A DNA stretch of 64,000 nucleotides from NCBI GenBank assembly GCA_963727055.1, contig CAVSEN010000002.1:864199-928198 (forward strand). Direction: 5' to 3'. Below, in pieces: positions 24,177 to 33,996 of the stretch. Position 1 is the first letter of the stretch, and the number at the start of each line of letters is the position of its first letter. The notes under the pieces are model-generated. The model did not search any database. It was not told the origin of the DNA and saw only the letters and a program-made list of their open reading frames with translations. This stretch comes from an uncultured Chloroflexia bacterium. Its GTDB lineage: Bacteria > Chloroflexota > Limnocylindria > Limnocylindrales > CSP1-4. Position numbers and translations under genes: made by a program.

Positions 24177-24818
24177 TCAGCGCGAGAAGGTCAGGTGCGT
24201 GATCCCGCTCGGGGCGACCTCCGACGTCACGCTGTAGCCATCCTCGAGCCCGCGGAGGTCGTCCCACAGCCGGATGCCGCGGCCGAGCAGGATCGGGACG
24301 ATGGCGACGTGGAGCCGGTCGACCAGTCCTGCCTTGAGGAACGCGCGGACCACGGTCGGGCCGCCGCCGATCCGCACGTCCTTGCCGCCCGCGGCCTCCA
24401 GCGCGAGGTCGAGCGCATCGCGGGGCGTCGCGGCGAGGAAGTGGAAGGTGGTCCCGCCCGCCATCTCGAGCTCCGGGCGCGGAGTGTGGGTGAGCACGAA
24501 CACCGGGACCCGGAACGGAGGCTCGTCACCCCACCAGCCGCGCCAGTCCGGGTCGTCCGCGGCGGCGTGCAACCCGAACATGCCGGCGCCCATGATCTCC
24601 GCGCCGACCTCGGCGAAGTACGCCTGCGCGTACTGGTCGTCGACGCCGGTCGTCCCCTCGCCGGATGTGTCGTGCAGGACCCGGGCCCGGAACGTGCGGG
24701 TCGCGACGTAGGCCTCGACCAGGCGCGCCCAGTCGGGCCCGAACGGGTTCTCGCGCGTCTGGTCGGTGGTCGTCGCGAAGCCGTCCAGCGAGATGTTCAG
24801 GTCAACACGAACGGCCAT
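24177..24818 (-). CDS. dihydrofolate reductase-family (RibD C-terminal domain) protein
   Basis: The ATG at 24818 follows GGAGG. MAVRVDLNISLDGFATT...VFVLTHTPR...KDVRIGGGPTVVRAFLKAGLVDRLHVAIVPILLG. Confidence 0.85.
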   Translation of the reverse strand: MAVRVDLNISLDGFATTTDQTRENPFGPDWARLVEAYVATRTFRARVLHDTSGEGTTGVDDQYAQAYFAEVGAEIMGAGMFGLHAAADDPDWRGWWGDEPPFRVPVFVLTHTPRPELEMAGGTTFHFLAATPRDALDLALEAAGGKDVRIGGGPTVVRAFLKAGLVDRLHVAIVPILLGRGIRLWDDLRGLEDGYSVTSEVAPSGITHLTFSR

Positions 24819-24947
24819 CGACGTACCTCCCAAGCGACTGCTTGCACACTCGACCAGCGGTCAGGTCCTGGGCGTGGTCGCGGGTGATGGCATCTGCCAA
24901 GAAGTAATGGCGAAAGGCTACCAAATCCGCGCGGCAACTCGTTCCGG

Positions 24948-25364
24948 CTAAGCACCCGTGTAGGAGACGTCGAGGAGCCGGAACACCTGGCCGCCGGGCG
25001 CGACGAAGTATGCGTGGCCGCTGCCCGGATGGCGGAATTCCGGGATCCCCGCCGTCCGCAGCGCACTCTGGAGTCGGTCGACCTCGCCCGTGCGGAACTC
25101 GAGCCACGGGCCCCGGAACGCGCGGGCGTCGTCGATCGGACCTGCGACATCGCTCGGGGCGAGCTCGGTGAACTCAGCGCTGAACCCGCTCCCGTCCGGG
25201 AACGGAACGAGGAGGATCGGCTGCGCAAGCCCGAAGTCGCGCTCAACGACGGAGCACCCGAGCAGGTCCCGGAACAGCCACAAGAACGCCTCGCGCGCCT
25301 CCGGCCGCACGAACAGGTGTACGCGTGCGCCGAGCCCGAGGATGCCCCGCTCGCGATCGTCCAT
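24948..25364 (-). CDS. hypothetical protein, possibly glyoxalase/VOC-like
   Basis: 138-aa ORF with coding-like composition. Weak resemblance to a beta-alpha-beta-beta-beta module (..HAYFVAPGGQVFRLLD). No firm motif. Confidence 0.45.
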   Translation of the reverse strand: MDDRERGILGLGARVHLFVRPEAREAFLWLFRDLLGCSVVERDFGLAQPILLVPFPDGSGFSAEFTELAPSDVAGPIDDARAFRGPWLEFRTGEVDRLQSALRTAGIPEFRHPGSGHAYFVAPGGQVFRLLDVSYTGA

Positions 25365-25429
25365 GCCACGTCCCTCGTTCTCTTCTCTTTGCCGGCCAGG
25401 GGCACCCCGCGGGCTGCTCGCCGTCCTGG

Positions 25430-25530
25430 TCAGCTCGCCTTCGGCGGCCAGAACAGGGGCTGGTCCCTCTCGTACACCGTGATCCGGTAGCCGTCCGGGT
25501 CGGCCATGACGAAGGTGTCGAGCGATCGCG
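25430..25530 (-). pseudogene. VOC/glyoxalase C-terminal fragment
   Basis: ..DTFVMADPDGYRITVYERDQPLFWPPKAS* is the typical VOC C-terminus. Only ~35 codons precede the next gene. Confidence 0.3.
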
Positions 25531-25639
25531 AGAGACCTCGGCGGCGACGTGACCTGTGATGACGCCCCAAGCGGGGCCTAGTTTACGCTGCGACTGCCCG
25601 GCAACACCCGCTGGACGGAGCCATGACCGGTGCCCCGCA

Positions 25640-26746
25640 TCAGGCGTCTGAAGCGGGCGGGGCGAACCCGGCCAGGCGCGCCTTCACGTCGCGGTAGGCA
25701 GGATCGAGGGCGAACAGGCGCTCGAGGTCCGCCTCTGCCTTGGACGACTGGCCGGTCTGCTCATAAGCGAGGGCCCGGTCGTAGCGGATCGCCTTGAGCA
25801 GCTCAGGACTGCGGCCGGCCGTCCGGGCGAGGGCCAGGCGGTACGCCTCGAAGGCGGCGATCCGGTGATCGAGCTCGAGCAGGGCCCGGGCTCGCAGGTG
25901 GATCGTGGCGAGGGTCACGTCGTCGATGTTCTGGACCGACGCGGCCACCTCGACAACGCCCTCGAAGTCGCCCTCGGCCTCGAGCAGGTCGGCCAGTGAC
26001 AGGCGGACGACCGGGTCGTCGGGCTCCGCGGCATGTAGCTGCTGGACCAGGCCGATCGCCTCCCCCACTCGACCCGCAGCCTGGTACAGCTCGGCCAGGA
26101 GAAGGACCGCCCCGGCCCGGTTCAAGGGCACCGCCGCCCGGACGAGGGGCGTGATCGCCACCGCGATCGTCGCGCTGATCCGATCCGCGGGCAGGTACCG
26201 TGCGGCGAGAGCATCGGGCAGGGCCAGCGGGCCCTGGACGACCGCTTCGAGATGCCGGATGGCCCGGTCTCGGTCGCCGACATGGAGGGCGCTCAGGGCC
26301 GCGAGGAGCTGCGCACTCGGGAGGAGCGGATCCTCGGCACAGGTCCGCTCGAAGAGCGGCAGGGCCGCTGCCTCGTCACCCCGCAGGTAGGCCACGAGGC
26401 CGGCGTGGTAATGCTTCTCGGCCCTCGAGGCAAAGAGACCCGGACTGGCCAGGACGGCGGCCGGGTCGACGCTCGGGAGCTGCGCGTCCGGACGCACTGG
26501 GCCGGAGACCGCCGGACTCGCCAGGCGTCGTCCGACCATCGCGCGCGCCCGGCTTCGGCCGCTCGTCTGGGCGATGTAGCTGAGCCCGCTGCCCGGGATC
26601 CCGATGCTCGTCCGCCGAGCTCCACTCATGTGGACCGTCTCGTGGAATCCGCGGACGCCGACCGACGTGCTGATGCCGCGCTTGCCGACATTCAGCCGGA
26701 TGCCGGGGGCGATCCGGATGCTCCGGCGGAAACGCAGGTAGCCCAT
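25640..26746 (-). CDS. DUF4236 N-terminal domain protein with TPR repeats
   Basis: MGYLRFRRSIRIAPGIRLNVGKRGISTSVGVRG...GIPGSGLSY (DUF4236 signature), followed by ~6 TPR-like repeats. Confidence 0.75.
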   Translation of the reverse strand: MGYLRFRRSIRIAPGIRLNVGKRGISTSVGVRGFHETVHMSGARRTSIGIPGSGLSYIAQTSGRSRARAMVGRRLASPAVSGPVRPDAQLPSVDPAAVLASPGLFASRAEKHYHAGLVAYLRGDEAAALPLFERTCAEDPLLPSAQLLAALSALHVGDRDRAIRHLEAVVQGPLALPDALAARYLPADRISATIAVAITPLVRAAVPLNRAGAVLLLAELYQAAGRVGEAIGLVQQLHAAEPDDPVVRLSLADLLEAEGDFEGVVEVAASVQNIDDVTLATIHLRARALLELDHRIAAFEAYRLALARTAGRSPELLKAIRYDRALAYEQTGQSSKAEADLERLFALDPAYRDVKARLAGFAPPASDA

Positions 26747-26881
26747 CGCAGGACTATGCCTCGTTTCCCGCCAGCAGGACAGCGCCGCGCGGTTGCGCGC
26801 GGTCCCGGCAGCAACGGCGACAGCTCGATCGTCGCCGCCGGCCTCCGCCCAGTGGCGAATCCACGACGGGCGCGGCGATCG

Positions 26882-27217
26882 TCAGGGCGTCTTCGTCGGC
26901 TTGGGCGTCTTCTTCGGTTTCGGCGTGGCCGTGGGCTTGGGCGTCTTCGTCGGCTTGGGCGTCGCCGTTGGCTTGGAGGTCGGACCGGCGCTCATCGCCG
27001 GCGAGCCGAAGTCGGCCCCGACCGAGCTCAGCGTGAACGCGATCCGGCCGCCGGCAACGGCGACCACGCCGACGACCAGGATCGCGACCAGGGCCAGCAC
27101 GATCGCGTACTCAACGAGGCCCTGGCCGGCGGCGGCGAGAGCGAAGAGTCGCTTCGTTCGCCACAGGCCGCCGAGCGCCTCGGACCACGATGACCACCAG
27201 GTGTACAGACGGACCAA
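26882..27217 (-). CDS. Flp/Fap-type pilin-like protein with a Thr-Pro-Lys repeat tail
   Basis: Flp motif AAAGQGLVEYAIVLALVAILVVGVV. C-terminus GPTSKPTATPKPTKTPKPTATPKPKKTPKPTKTP encoded by tandem 12-15-nt repeats. TTG start at 27217 is uncertain. Confidence 0.6.
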   Translation of the reverse strand: MVRLYTWWSSWSEALGGLWRTKRLFALAAAGQGLVEYAIVLALVAILVVGVVAVAGGRIAFTLSSVGADFGSPAMSAGPTSKPTATPKPTKTPKPTATPKPKKTPKPTKTP

Positions 27218-27364
27218 GGATCGGTCTCCATCGCGTTACGTTCCCCTGCGAGCCAGCCTACGGACCGTCTCCCGGCACGTCCCCGGTACGGGAGAGACTC
27301 CAGCGGCCCTGACTTTGGTACCGGTCCGTGCTCCCGGCGGAGGTGCCGGGCCGGCCCAGCGGGC

Positions 27365-28741
27365 TCAGGCGAGGGGAGTGAAGCGGGACGTGAAGTGACG
27401 CAGGGCGGCCGGCTCGTCCGTGATCCGGTAACCGCGCAGGTCCGCGGCGCGGGCACCGACCGCCCGGACGACTTCGATCACGTAGTCGATGTGGCTCTGG
27501 GTATACGTCCGGCGGGGGATCGCCAGCCGGACCAGGTCCATCGCCGCCGGCGTCTCCGAGCCGTCGGGATGGCGGCCGAACATCACGGTGCCGATCTCGC
27601 AGCCTCGGATGCCGCCCTCGACGTAGAGCGCCACGGCGAGCGACTGGCCGGGGTACTGGAGCGGCGGGATGTGCGGCAGCAGGGCGCGGGCATCGAGGTA
27701 GACGGCATGCCCGCCGGCCGGACGGACGGTCGGGATGCCGGCGGCGTCGAGCGCGTCACCGAGGTACGCCGTCGACCGGATCCGGTAGCGCAGGTAGTCC
27801 TCGTCGACCACCTCGCGCAGGCCCTGGGCGATCGCCTCGAGGTCGCGCCCGGCCAGGCCGCCGTAGGTCACGAAGCCCTCGGTCAGGATCAGCAGGGTCC
27901 GGCAGCGCTCGGCGAGCGCATCGTCGTTCATCGCCAGCCAGCCGCCGATGTTGGCCAGGCCGTCCTTCTTGGCACTCATCGTCATGCCGTCGGCCAGCGC
28001 CGCGATGTCGTGGACGATCTCGACCACCGACCGACCGGACTGGCCCTCCTCGCGCTCATGGATGAACCAGGCGTTCTCGGCGAAGCGGCAGGCGTCCAGG
28101 AAGAGCGGCACGCCATATCGGTCGCAGACCGCCCGAACGGCTCGCAGGTTGCGCAATGAGACGGGCTGGCCGCCGCCCGAGTTGTTGGTGATCGTGACGA
28201 ACACGACGGGCACGTCGGCCGCCCGGGCGGCCAGGAGCCGGTCGAGCGCGTCGACGTCCATGTTGCCCTTGAACGGATGGACCGCGGCCGGCTGATGCCC
28301 TTCCTCGATGACCAGGTCGACCGCCTCGGCGCCGGTCGCCTCGACGTTCGCCCGGGTCGTGTCGAAGTGGGTGTTGTTGGGGATGACCTTGCCCGGCCCG
28401 CCGATCGCGCTGAACAGGATCTTCTCGGCCGCCCGGCCCTGGTGGGTCGGGATCACGTGCTTGAACGGGAAGAGCGCCTGGACGCCCTCGAGGAACGTGA
28501 ACCAGCTCGGGCTGCCGGCGTAGCTCTCGTCGCCGTGCTGGATCGCCGCCCACTGGTCACGGCTCATCGCGCCGGTGCCCGAATCGGTCAGCAGGTCGAT
28601 CAGCACGTCGTCGGCATGGACGTTGAACAGGTTGAAGCCGGCCGCCTCGACGGCAGTGACGCGCGCCTCGCGCGTCGTCAGCCGGATCGGCTCGACGGCG
28701 TGGATCCGGAACGGCTCGATGATCGTCCGCCAGCCATCCAC
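27365..28741 (-). CDS. tnaA: tryptophanase / tyrosine phenol-lyase family (beta-eliminating lyase)
   Basis: EPFRIHAVEPIRLTTREAR...DLLTDSGTGAMS...HQGRAAEKILF...MSAKKDGLANIGGWL (PLP lysine context). Confidence 0.9.
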   Translation of the reverse strand: MDGWRTIIEPFRIHAVEPIRLTTREARVTAVEAAGFNLFNVHADDVLIDLLTDSGTGAMSRDQWAAIQHGDESYAGSPSWFTFLEGVQALFPFKHVIPTHQGRAAEKILFSAIGGPGKVIPNNTHFDTTRANVEATGAEAVDLVIEEGHQPAAVHPFKGNMDVDALDRLLAARAADVPVVFVTITNNSGGGQPVSLRNLRAVRAVCDRYGVPLFLDACRFAENAWFIHEREEGQSGRSVVEIVHDIAALADGMTMSAKKDGLANIGGWLAMNDDALAERCRTLLILTEGFVTYGGLAGRDLEAIAQGLREVVDEDYLRYRIRSTAYLGDALDAAGIPTVRPAGGHAVYLDARALLPHIPPLQYPGQSLAVALYVEGGIRGCEIGTVMFGRHPDGSETPAAMDLVRLAIPRRTYTQSHIDYVIEVVRAVGARAADLRGYRITDEPAALRHFTSRFTPLA

Positions 28742-28824
28742 GCGTCGAGCATACGCCGCGCGGCGGACCGGCCCATTGCGCGCGCGCTTGCGTTGCGGGA
28801 CCCTGGCAGGCGAGACTGCGCGGC

Positions 28825-29136
28825 GTGAGCATCATCGCGGCCATGCCCCTCGCTTGCGCGGTTGCAGCGGTCTGGTTCTGGCTGAACCGGGCCCAGCCGA
28901 TCCTCCGCCAGGCCGGCAACCGGCGGGCCGAGCTGGTCGGGCTGATCGTCACGGCCGAGGCGGTCCTCGCCCAATTCGTGGGGATCGCGGTGTCCATTGC
29001 CCGGGAGGTCGGCACGCCCGGCTGGTGGCTGTGGGTGGGCGGGGGTGCCGTCTGGATCGCGATCCTTGCCTTCGGCTATCCCGGCTACGACCGGCTCCTG
29101 CGCCTGACCGGCGGCCGGCGGCCGCGCGCCGGCTGA
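28825..29136 (+). CDS. small hypothetical membrane protein
   Basis: 103-aa ORF with three hydrophobic helices. Weak RBS. Confidence 0.45.
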   Translation: MSIIAAMPLACAVAAVWFWLNRAQPILRQAGNRRAELVGLIVTAEAVLAQFVGIAVSIAREVGTPGWWLWVGGGAVWIAILAFGYPGYDRLLRLTGGRRPRAG

Positions 29137-29158
29137 TCAGGGCCTGCCCGTCGATCGC

Positions 29159-30586
29159 GTGCGTTACCCCGTCCGCCGGATGAGCCGCCGCCCCGTCCGC
29201 CGGCTCGGCGGCCCGGCGCTGGTCGTGAGCCTCGCCCTTCTCGCCGCGAGCTGTGGAGGCCAGGCATCGCCGGCTGGCTTCATCAGTACGCCCGCCCCAT
29301 CGACCGGCGTGCCCGCCTCGGCCGGGCCGTCGCCGTCGGCCTCCAGCCGGCCGCGGCCGTCGCTGCCCTCGGCCGACGTCGCGATCCAGACGATCGCCAG
29401 CGGCCTGCCGGCACCCGACGGCCTGCTCGCCGCCCCGGACGGCAGCGGGCGGCTGTTCGTCGTCGACCAGACCGGCAAGGTGCTGATCATCAAGGGCGGG
29501 AAGGTCCTGGCCGACCCCTTCCTGGACGTCAGCGCACGGCTGGTCAAGCTCGACCCGGACTACGACGAGCGGGGCCTGCTGGGGATGGCCTTCGACCCGG
29601 ACTACGCCCATACCGGCCGGGTCTTCGTCTACTACACCGCCCGCCTGCGGAGCGGAGCGCCAGCCGGCCAGGACCACACCGATGTCCTGAGCTCGTTCCG
29701 GGTGAGCGCGACCGACCCGGACCGGGTCGATCCGGCCTCGGAGCAGGTGGTCCTCCAGTTCGAGCAGCCCCAGCCCAACCACAATGGCGGCGGGCTCGGC
29801 TTCGGTCCGGACGGCGACCTCTACCTCGGCGTCGGCGACGGCGGCAGCGAAGGCGACATCGGCCCCGGCCACGCTCCGGGCGGCAACGGCCAGGACACCA
29901 CCAAGCTCAACGGCAAGATCCTGCGGATCGACGTCAACGCCAAGGCTCCCTATGCGATCCCGGCCGGCAACCCGTTCGCCGCCGGCGGCGGCCGGCCGGA
30001 GATCTACGCCTACGGCTTCCGGAACCCGTGGCGCTTCTCCTGGGAGCCGGGCGGGGAGCACCGACTGCTCGTCAGCGATGTCGGCTGGGGCCGGTACGAG
30101 GAGGTCGACTCGGTCGTGGCCGGCGGGAACTACGGCTGGCCGATCCGCGAAGGCAGCCACTGCCTTGACGTGACGGCGCCCCTCGAGGACGTGCCGACAT
30201 GCGCGACCACCGGGCGGAAGGGCGAGCCGCTGATCGCGCCGCTGGTCGAGTACTCCCACGCCGACGTCGGCATCGCGATCGTCGGCGGCTTCATCTACCA
30301 GGGCAGCCAGCTGCCGGCCCTGGCCGGCGAGTACGTCTTCGCCGACCTGTCCCGCAACTGGACGACAGCCACGCCGGTCGGCCGGGGCTCACTCCTGGTC
30401 GCGCTGCCGCAGGCCGGCAGCGGGCCGTGGACCTGGCGCCGGCTGACGATCAAGAACGATCCGCCGCTCGGCTTCATCGCCGGCCTCGGCCAGGACGCCT
30501 CGGGCGAGATCTACGTGCTCACCCGCGATCAGCTCGGGGCATCGGGCGACACCGGCGAGGTCCTCGAGCTCGTCGCCGCGAACTAG
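29159..30586 (+). CDS. PQQ-dependent sugar (glucose/sorbosone) dehydrogenase, lipoprotein
   Basis: Lipobox LALLAASCGG. GLLGMAFDPDY...QPQPNHNGGGLGFGPDGDLYLGVGDGG...AYGFRNPWRFS. Alternative ATG start at 29180. Confidence 0.85.
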   Translation: MRYPVRRMSRRPVRRLGGPALVVSLALLAASCGGQASPAGFISTPAPSTGVPASAGPSPSASSRPRPSLPSADVAIQTIASGLPAPDGLLAAPDGSGRLFVVDQTGKVLIIKGGKVLADPFLDVSARLVKLDPDYDERGLLGMAFDPDYAHTGRVFVYYTARLRSGAPAGQDHTDVLSSFRVSATDPDRVDPASEQVVLQFEQPQPNHNGGGLGFGPDGDLYLGVGDGGSEGDIGPGHAPGGNGQDTTKLNGKILRIDVNAKAPYAIPAGNPFAAGGGRPEIYAYGFRNPWRFSWEPGGEHRLLVSDVGWGRYEEVDSVVAGGNYGWPIREGSHCLDVTAPLEDVPTCATTGRKGEPLIAPLVEYSHADVGIAIVGGFIYQGSQLPALAGEYVFADLSRNWTTATPVGRGSLLVALPQAGSGPWTWRRLTIKNDPPLGFIAGLGQDASGEIYVLTRDQLGASGDTGEVLELVAAN

Positions 30587-30600
30587 CGGCGATCAGGCGC

Positions 30601-31248
30601 TCAGCGCGAGCGGCGGCCCGTTCGGCGCTGGCCGGCCGGGACCAGGAGCAGGGCGCCGGCCAGGATCGTGCCGAGGCCGACCAGGACGAGCCAGCCCGCG
30701 CTGTCGTCGGCCGGCGTCGAGCCGCCCAGGTCGGCGGTCGAGGGCGGCGTGACCCGCGGCTTGCCGGTCGCGGCCCCGACGCCGCCGGTCGCGCTGGCGA
30801 CCGGCGTGCCGACCGACGACGGGACGGCGCTCGGCGTCCCGTTGGCACCGACCGTGACCGACACCATGTTCGTCAGGCAGGTCGGGGCGCCCTCGTCGTT
30901 CGGCTGGCAGACGGTGTAGCTGAATGCGTCGGGGCCGACATAGTCGGCCTGGGGCACGTACGCGATCCCGCTATCGCTGCCGGTGATCTTGCCCCACTCC
31001 GGGGGGGACTCGGTGAGGTCGGTCGTCTGGACGTAGACGTCGCCCGGCTGGCCGGCCAGCATCGCGCTGTTGGGCACGAACAGGCTGCCGTTCTCGGCGA
31101 CCGAGTAGGCAAGCGCGGGCGGCGGGACCATGCCCGCGGCGGCGACCGCGGCCGGCGACAGTGCGGCGAAGGCGAGGAACAGGCCGGCAACCGGCGCAAG
31201 GGCCAGGGCGAGCCGCGACCCGGCTCGGGCAACTTCACGATTCTTCAT
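30601..31248 (-). CDS. secreted protein with a C-terminal membrane anchor
   Basis: Signal peptide LALALAPVAGLFLAFAALSPAAVAAAG, an Ig/cadherin-like middle segment (..YVPQADYVGPDAFSYTV..), a Pro/Ser/Thr linker, and a C-terminal TM plus RRTGRRSR. Confidence 0.65.
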   Translation of the reverse strand: MKNREVARAGSRLALALAPVAGLFLAFAALSPAAVAAAGMVPPPALAYSVAENGSLFVPNSAMLAGQPGDVYVQTTDLTESPPEWGKITGSDSGIAYVPQADYVGPDAFSYTVCQPNDEGAPTCLTNMVSVTVGANGTPSAVPSSVGTPVASATGGVGAATGKPRVTPPSTADLGGSTPADDSAGWLVLVGLGTILAGALLLVPAGQRRTGRRSR

Positions 31249-31335
31249 GGAACCATTGTCTCAGGACTTTCGGCCGAAGCAATGCCAATCACCTCGAACG
31301 GCGCCATCCAGGTGGTGCGTCCCGGCACCGATCGG

Positions 31336-31941
31336 CTAGCGGCCGGCGGCCAGGTCGCCGAGCAGGTAGCGCTCGATCGTCGGCCCGATCGCGGCGACGA
31401 TCCGCTCCGGCTCGGCCCCGGCCAGGGGCTCGACGCCAACGACGTAGCGGGCCATTGCCAGGCCGAGCAGCTGCGAGCCGACGAGCACGGTCCGCAGCTC
31501 GGACTGGTCCGGGGCGATGGCGTCCACGATCTGGAAGATGCCCTGCCGGCCGATCAGCCCGCGGAGCAGCTCGGCCGCGTCGGGGTCGGTGCTTGCCGAG
31601 CGGACGATCCCGGTCAGGATGGGACGCATCCCGGGCTGCTCGTCCCAGACCGACAGGAAGAAGCGGACCAGCCGCGCTCCGGATCCCGCCCAACCCGGGT
31701 CGAGGACCGCCGCCCGCATCGCACCGGGCTCGAACGGCAGGCGCATCACCGACAGGAAGAGGCGCTGCTTGGTCCCGAAATAGTGGTGGACGAGGGCCGG
31801 ATCGACCCCGGCCCGGGCCGCGATCCCGCGAATCGTCGTCGCCTCGAAGCCGCGCTCCCCGAATGCATCGCGGGCGCTCGTCGCGATTTGCTCGCGGGTC
31901 TCGCTCGGCCCCGCCCGCCGGCCTGAACGCGCCATCGCCAT
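31336..31941 (-). CDS. TetR/AcrR family transcriptional regulator
   Basis: SETREQIATSARDAFGERGFEATTIRGIAARAGVDPALVHHYFGTKQRLF. Last gene of the ABC operon. Confidence 0.9.
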   Translation of the reverse strand: MAMARSGRRAGPSETREQIATSARDAFGERGFEATTIRGIAARAGVDPALVHHYFGTKQRLFLSVMRLPFEPGAMRAAVLDPGWAGSGARLVRFFLSVWDEQPGMRPILTGIVRSASTDPDAAELLRGLIGRQGIFQIVDAIAPDQSELRTVLVGSQLLGLAMARYVVGVEPLAGAEPERIVAAIGPTIERYLLGDLAAGR

Positions 31942-31963
31942 CGCGTGGGGCGCCCCCGGCCCG

Positions 31964-33103
31964 CTACGCGACCTCGCGCCGGATCGTCGCCCCGGCCAGC
32001 AGGACGAACAGGACCGCCGCCCCGGCCAGGACGGCGATGTCGAGCTGGAGCGCGCCGTCGGCCAGGCCGGCCCCGCGCAGGAGGACCGCCCGGAGGCCGT
32101 CGATCGCGTACGTCATCGGCAGCAGGTGGGCGACCACCTGGAGTGGGTCGGGCAGGCTGTCGACCGACCAGAACACGCCGCCGAGGAACGCCTGGGGGAC
32201 GATGACCAGGGGAATGAACTCGAGGATCTGGAGCTCGGTCCGGGCGAACGTCGACAGGAAGATCGCCAGGTTCACGGCCCCGATCGCGGTGAGGAAGATC
32301 ACCACGAAGGCGAGCAGCGGGCTGCCGGCATTGGCGATCCCGAGGCCCACGCCGAAGGCGCCCACGGGGCCGAGCGCGGGCACGCTCAGCGAGCCGAGGG
32401 CGAAGAGCAGGATCAGGGCCACCTGGAGCGTCGCGAAGAAGCCGAAGCCCAGGCTGTAGCCGACGACGATCTCGCTCCGCCGGACCGGCGTGGCCAGCAG
32501 CCGTTCGAGCGTCCCGCCGGTCCGCTCGCGCAGGAAGCTGATCCCGGTCAGGACGAAGACGAAGAAGAAGCCGAAGAACCCGATCAACGCCGGCGCGAAC
32601 GTGTCGAGCAGGTCGGCGCTGGGCGAGCCGTAGACGGTGTCGTGTTCGATCGTCAGCACCGTTCCGCCGCCCCCGGCCCGGGCGATCAGGGCCCCCACGG
32701 CCTGGATTCGGGCGCCATCGTCGGCCGGAGCGGTGCCCAGCGTGATCAGCTTGACCACGACCGGCCCGCCGCTGCCGATCCCGGCCGGCAGGACGATGAC
32801 CACGTCGACCCGGCCGGCCTGGAGCGCCGCCCTGGCGCTCGCCTCGTCGCCGCCGACGGCCACGACCGGCAAGCCGGCCTGCGCGGCGGCCGAGCCGAGG
32901 GCGGCGCCGATCGTCGCGCCGGCCGGACCGCCGCCGCCGATGATCCCGATCCTGGTCTCGATCGGCTTCTCGTCGCGGATGACGTAGCCGAGCAGCGCGA
33001 GCACGGCCAGCGGGGCGATGACCAGGAGAGCAAGCGAACGTCGGTCCCGCCGGAACTGCTGGGCGATCCGCCGGGCGAGCGCGACGATCCGGTACAGGCT
33101 CAC
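31964..33103 (-). CDS. ABC-2 type transporter permease (YhhJ-like, large N-terminal loop)
   Basis: N-terminal TM, ~150-aa extracytoplasmic segment, then 5 TM helices with ABC-2 membrane-domain features. 4-nt overlap with the ATPase gene. Confidence 0.85.
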   Translation of the reverse strand: MSLYRIVALARRIAQQFRRDRRSLALLVIAPLAVLALLGYVIRDEKPIETRIGIIGGGGPAGATIGAALGSAAAQAGLPVVAVGGDEASARAALQAGRVDVVIVLPAGIGSGGPVVVKLITLGTAPADDGARIQAVGALIARAGGGGTVLTIEHDTVYGSPSADLLDTFAPALIGFFGFFFVFVLTGISFLRERTGGTLERLLATPVRRSEIVVGYSLGFGFFATLQVALILLFALGSLSVPALGPVGAFGVGLGIANAGSPLLAFVVIFLTAIGAVNLAIFLSTFARTELQILEFIPLVIVPQAFLGGVFWSVDSLPDPLQVVAHLLPMTYAIDGLRAVLLRGAGLADGALQLDIAVLAGAAVLFVLLAGATIRREVA

Positions 33104-33879
33104 TCCACCAGTCCCCGGGTCGGGATGCCGGACAGCTTGAGGAAGGCCGACTCGAGGTCGGCTGTGCCCGCCTGGCGGCGGATCTCCGCCCCGTCGCCGC
33201 TGGCCAGGACCCGTCCCGAGCGGACCAGGATCAGCTGGTCGCAGCGGTCGCCCTCGTCCATCACGTGGCTCGAGACGACGAGGGTCATGCCCCCGGTCGC
33301 CAGCCGCCGGAAGTGATCCCAGAGCTGGTAGCGCAGGACCGGGTCAACCCCGACCGTCGGCTCGTCGAGGAAGACGACCGCCGGCCGGTGGACCAGGGCA
33401 CAGGCCAGCGACAGGCGGCGACGCATCCCGCCCGACAGCTCGACGATCGGCGTGCCGCGCCGGTCATCGAGCTCGACCAGGGCCAGGACCTCGGCCAGGG
33501 CGGCCGGGTCGCGCTGGCCGGACATCGCCGCGAAGAACGACAGGTTCTCCCAGACCGACAGCTCGGCGTACAGGCCGTCGGCCTGGGTCATGTAGCCGAT
33601 CCGGGCCAGGAGCGGCCGGGACGGCATCGGCGTTCCGAGGACGCGGACCGAACCGGACGTCGGGCGAGCCAGGCCCGCCAGCAGCCGGATCAGGGTCGTC
33701 TTGCCCGATCCGTTCGGCCCGAGCAGGCCGTAGATCCGGCCGGCGGTCAGGGCCAGGTCGATCCCGTCGACGGCCCGGATCGACCCGAAGGCCTTGTGCA
33801 GGCCGACCGCTTCGATCACCGGGCTCCCGGCGGAGCCCGCTCCGGACTGGGCCTGCGGCTGGCCTGGGACCTCGGTCAT
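33100..33879 (-). CDS. ABC transporter ATP-binding protein
   Basis: Walker A GPNGSGKTT, signature LSGGMRRRLSLA, Walker B VVFLDEPTVGVD. Start taken at the ATG at 33879 (MTEVPGQ); the track ORF extends to 33981. Confidence 0.9.
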   Translation of the reverse strand: MTEVPGQPQAQSGAGSAGSPVIEAVGLHKAFGSIRAVDGIDLALTAGRIYGLLGPNGSGKTTLIRLLAGLARPTSGSVRVLGTPMPSRPLLARIGYMTQADGLYAELSVWENLSFFAAMSGQRDPAALAEVLALVELDDRRGTPIVELSGGMRRRLSLACALVHRPAVVFLDEPTVGVDPVLRYQLWDHFRRLATGGMTLVVSSHVMDEGDRCDQLILVRSGRVLASGDGAEIRRQAGTADLESAFLKLSGIPTRGLVE

Positions 33880-33996
33880 GGCCGTAATTCTACATCCGTT
33901 GAATTCTGACCAGGCAGCGTCCCGGACCCCGAATTGGTCGCCCTCGTATGATCGGCCTGCCGGACCCCGCGGCCCGACCACACGGTCGGCGACGGG

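Noticed and set aside
33880-33996. GAATTCTACATCCGTTGAATTC as the TetR operator for the ABC operon
   Set aside because: Only the 6-bp EcoRI-like ends are symmetric, and the interior is not palindromic. This is too weak to report as a feature.
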